DNA of 40,793 nucleotides from positions 1-40,793 of the forward strand of contig CAZCHA010000003.1 of NCBI GenBank assembly GCA_964498175.1, read 5' to 3'. Each line of letters begins with the position of its first letter. The first letter of the stretch is position 1. A model generated the notes under the pieces. The model saw only the letters and a list, made by a program, of their open reading frames with translations, searched no databases and was not told where the DNA came from. The stretch is from an uncultured bacterium. Its GTDB lineage: Bacteria > Fidelibacterota > Marinisomatia > Marinisomatales > UBA1611. A program made the translations under genes and the position numbers. Positions 37,401-40,793 of the stretch are shown piece by piece.

Positions 37401-37843
37401 ACACGTCTGGTTCCGTTGTGAATATCGAGTATGAACCCTTTATAGGTGAAACAAACATTACAGTAACCGTCAATGATTTTGGTCTTGGTGAGCTGGCAGA
37501 TACGGTTCAGTTCCTTTTAACCGTTCAGGGTGATTTATTCCTTTTTGATGAACCCATACCCGATAAATTTTCTCTGGGGAGCGCCTATCCTAACCCATTT
37601 AATCCCGTTGTAACTATTCCCTTTACGATTGAGAAACCAAGAGATGTATCAATCCATATCTTTGATATTTCGGGCAGGAAGATTAATACAATCCTTCAGA
37701 ACCAGTTTCTCTTCCCCGGTCTATACGATAAAAATTGGAATGGGTTCAATGACCAGGGGAGACAAGTATCTACAGGTACATATATTATTCAGATCGCTTC
37801 AGGAACTGAACTGCACCACCAAAAAATAACATTAATAAAATAA
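34415..37843 (+). CDS. Secreted multidomain GHL10-family (YngK / DigH-YddW-like) glycoside hydrolase with Ig-like domains, uncharacterised domain, cadherin-like segment and T9SS CTD
   Basis: Signal peptide. The GHL10 (former DUF187) blocks are FRASWVITWEY, NMTAVLFQVRQSGTVYYESSYEPW, DPLEYAVNAAHERGLELHAWFNVF, IDGLHLDYVRW and TPMHYHW. Two SbsA-like Ig domains span roughly aa 525-745. The shared unknown domain spans roughly aa 750-935. The CTD is AYPNPFNPVVTIPF...GTYIIQI...KITLIK. Confidence 0.75.
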   Translation: MINIKKVLLVFSLTLPFLKANPSDREFRASWVITWEYIGSSQSSDEIMIRIDEIMDNHADANMTAVLFQVRQSGTVYYESSYEPWGYYAGYGNPGIDPLEYAVNAAHERGLELHAWFNVFQTSSMHEGAPAEVHPEWICRDQSGNPMTSHRSVSPGLEDVRQYTVNVAMEIVNNYDIDGLHLDYVRWNEYSSSSQNILPPGQIEEIRMMDGIISDEMLNDLENSRTGRYLYDVDHPYSSGIPDDYSSWEDWWRDGVTAFVSTLHDSIQTVKPFVRLSSAVLGRYNWGGWQGYGTVYQDAALWMNDGYVDHLTPMHYHWTSPNSFVQMLTGSNQSWAPYIQDGIQAGRLFSAGPGSYVLADQNLWDNHPEIVDAVRNIDFVDGFQFFSNGTWEDYQYWEEAGHTFFKDKAIVRNITYYATNTDLPPDPNITLAQINDLEYQVDIATNSAESSVWTVVSLSPSDSSDMSSSIHSIHFGSDDILVPLTFDGLQPYEGAYHVHVQNFNRFWIESETSAQETTGEIPSYPPTLIDINLDTGDTIAVNTMIRIEFSKEIDPSSFTSSFSLSPEPDIVEIDWSDYWEDEGRVVLISFPDLLEFDLDYSLDISAELTDIIGIHFDGNMDGVAGDGFSITFHTESTDLTGPQVTEFYPPTEFIFDTEGVFNITWDEMVDPASINQMSVQFQSSGQYLTTDHIENTIDEITTVSLKPFAPLLNDASCTVILNGITDTLGNAIVNALEYSYNTVPFYYSSKTYIDRFNSGAGWWQPDGSGSTTGILGSETQFGYNSSVFVPGVSMNPNGRKSGSLRYGWDPDASSSFLRLHNAGDPSDVALDTSNVLQVYVYSDGSGNQFSISLYEYSNGSLTGDIIEVMAWEELNWIGWKLIEWDLSDPEQVGNWLSSDQTMDGDAYFLDGFLMKPGQDSDMSGRVYFDDLRIVTKAEGDPPMNSAPVITALPDTIIENGDNFYFYVEFSDNNENDIHQITATTDTSSVTATIYGHTSGSVVNIEYEPFIGETNITVTVNDFGLGELADTVQFLLTVQGDLFLFDEPIPDKFSLGSAYPNPFNPVVTIPFTIEKPRDVSIHIFDISGRKINTILQNQFLFPGLYDKNWNGFNDQGRQVSTGTYIIQIASGTELHHQKITLIK

Positions 37844-37847
37844 GTCT

Positions 37848-39119
37848 ATGAAAAAATACACAATCATCTTTTTATCCGTTTTACTATGGAAATGTACAGC
37901 ACCTGAAAACACCGTTACCATCCTGGACCCTGTCACTGCAGGCCAGGTAAACGAAGTGCGAACCGGGCTGGATGTTTTGTTAGAAGATCATTCTAATTAC
38001 CTGAAAGGAAAAACAATTGGCCTTGTAACAAATCATACAGGTATCTCAAGAAAGGGTGAAAAAAACTATAAACTCTTTGAAAATAATCCTGATATAACCC
38101 TGAAACGGATATTTGCACCAGAGCATGGATTCTATGGTGAAGCAAGCGCGGGAACTAAAGTTGAATATGACAACCAAAAAGACTCCGGGCCGGAAATCGT
38201 CTCCCTGTATGGAAAAACCAGGAAACCAACCGCTGAAATGCTTGAAGGAATTGACCTGGTCATTTACGATATACAGGATGTGGGGGCCCGTTTCTATACC
38301 TACATATCCACTCTTGGAATTGTCATGGAAGCAGCCGGCGAGAATGGTGTAAATGTAATGGTCCTTGACAGACCTAATCCCCTTGGGGGAGAGATCATTG
38401 AAGGGGCTATTCTGGATACGGCATTTAAATCATTTGTCGGATACTATCCCATTCCAACACGATACGCATTAACCGTTGGCGAACTGAGCCAGATGGCTGT
38501 AAAAGAAGGCTGGCTCTCATCTGTACCTCCGGAATTGATCGTAGTAACAATGGATGGCTGGAAACGATCCATGTTTTTTGATGATACAGATTTAACCTGG
38601 ATTCCTCCATCACCAAATATTCCAGATCTGAAGACTGCAATTATCTATCCCGGCATGTGTCTCTATGAAGCCACTAACGTTAGTGAAGGCAAAGGTACAA
38701 ATAAAGCTTTCAAACAAATAGGAGCTCCCTGGATGAATTATGACATTGCCAAGGAAATGAAAATTCAGGGTTTAAAAGGCGTGGACTTTAAATATGCAAA
38801 GTTTAAACCAAAAAACTTACCGGGCCGTGCAGAAAATCCAAAATTTGAAGGTTATTTCTGCGTAGGTCAGAAAATAGTTATAACTGATAAAAATGAATTC
38901 AGGTCTGTGGATACAGTAATCTATAGTTTAATGATTACGATTATGTTTTATATGGATAATTTCAGGTATGATTCAAAAAGAATTGGTTATTTATGGGGAA
39001 ACAATTTAATGAACAGATTTTTAAGGGGGGATTTAAAACCAAAAACCCTGTTTACACTATTAAAACAAGATCAAGAAAAATTTATTATTCAGTCTGCTCC
39101 CTATTATCTATATCAATAA
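37848..39119 (+). CDS. namZ: Second DUF1343 / NamZ-family exo-beta-N-acetylmuramidase, lipoprotein
   Basis: Lipobox-like LLWKCT. It has the same hallmark blocks as 10661..11899: TGLDVLLE..GKTIGLVTNHTGIS, FAPEHGFYG, IYDIQDVGARFYTYISTLG, VLDRPNP, SPNIPD and EATNVSEGKGT. By eye it is roughly 55-60% identical to the first copy. Confidence 0.8.
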   Translation: MKKYTIIFLSVLLWKCTAPENTVTILDPVTAGQVNEVRTGLDVLLEDHSNYLKGKTIGLVTNHTGISRKGEKNYKLFENNPDITLKRIFAPEHGFYGEASAGTKVEYDNQKDSGPEIVSLYGKTRKPTAEMLEGIDLVIYDIQDVGARFYTYISTLGIVMEAAGENGVNVMVLDRPNPLGGEIIEGAILDTAFKSFVGYYPIPTRYALTVGELSQMAVKEGWLSSVPPELIVVTMDGWKRSMFFDDTDLTWIPPSPNIPDLKTAIIYPGMCLYEATNVSEGKGTNKAFKQIGAPWMNYDIAKEMKIQGLKGVDFKYAKFKPKNLPGRAENPKFEGYFCVGQKIVITDKNEFRSVDTVIYSLMITIMFYMDNFRYDSKRIGYLWGNNLMNRFLRGDLKPKTLFTLLKQDQEKFIIQSAPYYLYQ

Positions 39120-39124
39120 TAAAT

Positions 39125-40209
39125 CTACTTCAGGTACAGTATTTTTTTACTATGAATGCTGTTTCCTGTTTGAATCATAACCAGGTAAGTGACACTTGCT
39201 ATTTGTTGGTTGTGTGCGGGGCTCCATTGGAATGAGTGATTGCCTTGAACAAAATTACCTTCTGCCAATGTCTGGATTGCTCTACCATTAATATCATACA
39301 GGCTGAGATTTGTGTGACCAGTTTTTGATATTTAAAATTTTATCTGAGTCTGAGGGTTAAAAGGATTGGGATAACTCTCTAGCTCAACCTGATCTGGAAG
39401 GATTGTTGGCACACCTTTTTCTAAATTGAGCCAGTAGGTGTTGATTGCTCCTGTTAGAGACTCTTCTGACTCAAAATCATCATAGCCCATGGCCCATACC
39501 ATGACTCCTCCAAGGTTCCTATTTTGAGAAAATTCACATTTATCTTTAATAGAAAGGGGGTTATCATATGTAGTGATTTGTTATGTATCTGTATCAATTA
39601 AATAAGGACATTTAGCAACATCATCCCAATGTGATGACCAGCGTGGCTACTCCAGCTACCATGAATATCATAGGTCATGGCGTTAAAATAATCTACATGT
39701 TAATTTAGACTGTTCATTTCATACCATTGTCCTGCCCAGTTTGAGGTAGGCAGTGCCATGGGCATGAGAAGTTCAGGGTTAGAATCATCTAAAACAGAAT
39801 CAAGTTCAGCTATAAATAATGAAAGATTATTCTTTTGCTCATTTGTTTGCGGATACTCCCTGTCAATATCGGCCCCATCATAACCATAAGAAATGAATTC
39901 AGACCGCAGCTCATAGGTAGACGTGGCGACCACGAATCCATCAGCAGTACCCCAACCACCCAGTGAAAGGAGAAATTTCCTGTTATTATTATGGATGTGA
40001 TCAGCAATAGATGCATCAAATGTACCGCTTGTGGCTTCGATACCACCTTGCTCATTCGGCCAGGCAAAGACATGATTGATGTGAGTAAAGGTTTCTAAAT
40101 CAAGATCCTGTGGCTGAAATTCATCCTGCATCCAGTACGGATAATAACCGACCACCCTCTGGGAATAAGCATAACCAATAAGTAAAAAGAAAAGTAAACG
40201 AAGTTTCAT
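39125..40209 (-). pseudogene. Decayed paralogue of the GH18-CTD gene at 4613..5953 (nonsense mutations, frameshift, internal deletions)
   Basis: ORF 39700..40209 aligns to the N-terminal half of the intact GH18 (RVVGYYPYWMQ, FLLSLGGWG, YGYDGADIDREYP, NWAGQWY). It lacks about 8 aa before the catalytic block and ends at an in-frame TAA. My translation downstream continues the homology in pieces. The first piece is HVDYFNAMTYDIHGSWSSHAGHH. After a frame change and a gap of about 90 aa comes WDDVAKCPYLIDTDT-TAA-QITTYDNPLSIKDKCEF..LGGVMVWAMGYDD...ESYPNPFNPQTQIKF-TAA-ISKTGHTNLSLYDINGRAI...ILYLK, with the final stop TAG at 39125..39127. Confidence 0.75.
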
Positions 40210-40220
40210 ATCTATAAACT

Positions 40221-40246
40221 AAAAAGGGGCCAGATGGCCCCTTTTT
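40221..40246 (-). terminator. Rho-independent terminator after the partial CTD-protein gene
   Basis: The sequence is AAAAAGGGGCC-AGAT-GGCCCCTTTTT. It has a perfect 6-bp G/C stem, a 4-nt loop, and flanking A and T tracts, so it could work in either direction. It lies 27 nt downstream of the stop at 40273. Confidence 0.75.
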
Positions 40247-40272
40247 AGTTTGAGAATACTAAGTATTCCTAT

Positions 40273-40793
40273 TTATTTGACAAATGTCATTCTGCGGTGC
40301 AATACCATTGACTTTGTCTTCAACTGGTAAATGTACATACCGGTTGCAACTTTCGTTCCAATCTGGTTATTTCCATCCCAGCGAACTACGTGCTGGCCTG
40401 ATCTCATTTCCTGATCGATCAGTGTTTTAACCAGCCTACCTTCAAGATTGTAAATATTTACGCTTACGTGCTCGCTAGCAGGTATCGTAAACTCAATCTT
40501 TGTGTTTGGATTGAACGGGTTTGGATAGTTCTGGTTAAGTACATACCCACTCGGAACTACACTCTTTGGGTCATCCGAGACGGATGAGTAATCCATTGTA
40601 TACAGATAGACTCCATTGCTGTAAAAATCAGCAAGGTAGAGATCACCATCAGCATCCCAGGCAGCTCCACGGGGACCATCAGTGACTCCTTCACCAGTGC
40701 CCTCCCAGTCATGCCAGTTACCGACTATAGCAATTGGCTCTTCTGTATCTGCTGGATCAAATAACCAATTTCCACCACCAGTAGGGCCTCCCC
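40273..40793 (-). CDS. C-terminal part of a secreted protein (beta-propeller/NHL-like segment + T9SS CTD); 5' end outside the window
   Basis: The track starts it at an internal Met (40596). My translation stays open to the window edge: GGPTGGGNWLFDPADTEEPIAIVGNWHDWEGTGEGVTDGPRGAAWDADGDLYLADFYSNGVYLYTMDYSS... The CTD is NYPNPFNPNTKIEFTIP...GMYIYQL...RMTFVK. Confidence 0.7.
   Translation of the reverse strand, partial: GGPTGGGNWLFDPADTEEPIAIVGNWHDWEGTGEGVTDGPRGAAWDADGDLYLADFYSNGVYLYTMDYSSVSDDPKSVVPSGYVLNQNYPNPFNPNTKIEFTIPASEHVSVNIYNLEGRLVKTLIDQEMRSGQHVVRWDGNNQIGTKVATGMYIYQLKTKSMVLHRRMTFVK

Noticed and set aside
39700-40209. 169-aa ORF as an intact small GH18-like gene
   Set aside because: It ends at a premature TAA in the middle of the GH18 barrel. 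Homology to the full-length paralogue continues downstream in broken frames, so it is a pseudogene fragment.
1-40793. Search for tRNA, rRNA, CRISPR arrays, transposases, integrases, prophage, toxin-antitoxin or known defence-system genes
   Set aside because: I recognised none. All sizeable intergenic regions (1691..1861, 6842..6991, 20418..20710, 28113..28221, 34322..34414) are AT-rich spacers without repeats or cloverleaf-like G/C structure.

Overview
40.8 kb, AT-rich and gene-dense. I saw no rRNA, tRNA, CRISPR, transposase, integrase or phage genes. G+C was only spot-counted on single 60-nt lines: about 30-42% left of ~34.4 kb and about 32-53% right of it. At least seven proteins end in a PNPFNP-type T9SS C-terminal sorting domain (CTD), and there is a PorV/PorQ-like barrel. 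This suggests an FCB-superphylum bacterium, probably an uncultivated marine lineage (inference). Contents: (i) 1-1690 holds four tightly packed minus-strand genes: a hemolysin-III-family protein, two selenoproteins, and a cyclase-like gene cut by the window edge. The ORF track splits one selenoprotein and misses the other, because each has an in-frame TGA. One is a Bcp-type peroxiredoxin with U at the peroxidatic position; the other is an Rdx/SelW-like CxxU protein. (ii) A lone cytochrome c5-like lipoprotein. (iii) From ~2.3 kb to ~39.1 kb nearly every gene fits one pathway, the stepwise breakdown of peptidoglycan (murein). The T9SS-exported enzymes are two MurNAc-L-Ala amidases, two GH18 enzymes and a DigH-like GHL10 glycosidase. 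The outer membrane carries an operon of a TonB-dependent receptor, a 1126-aa surface protein and a PorV-like barrel. The periplasmic set is two NamZ exo-muramidases, a DUF1460-type amidase, PBP4, an exported VanX-type dipeptidase and two beta-lactamase-fold hydrolases. The inner membrane carries an SSS symporter, an APC permease and a SpmA/SpmB-like pair. The cytoplasmic set is an LD-carboxypeptidase, a GATase-like hydrolase, a DAP decarboxylase and a NagB-LmbE fusion. I read this as a large PUL-like peptidoglycan-harvesting locus without SusC/SusD, and it is the main candidate for a novel system. (iv) The right edge holds a decayed GH18 paralogue, a clean rho-independent terminator and a partial CTD protein. 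All calls come from reading motifs by eye; no database search was possible.
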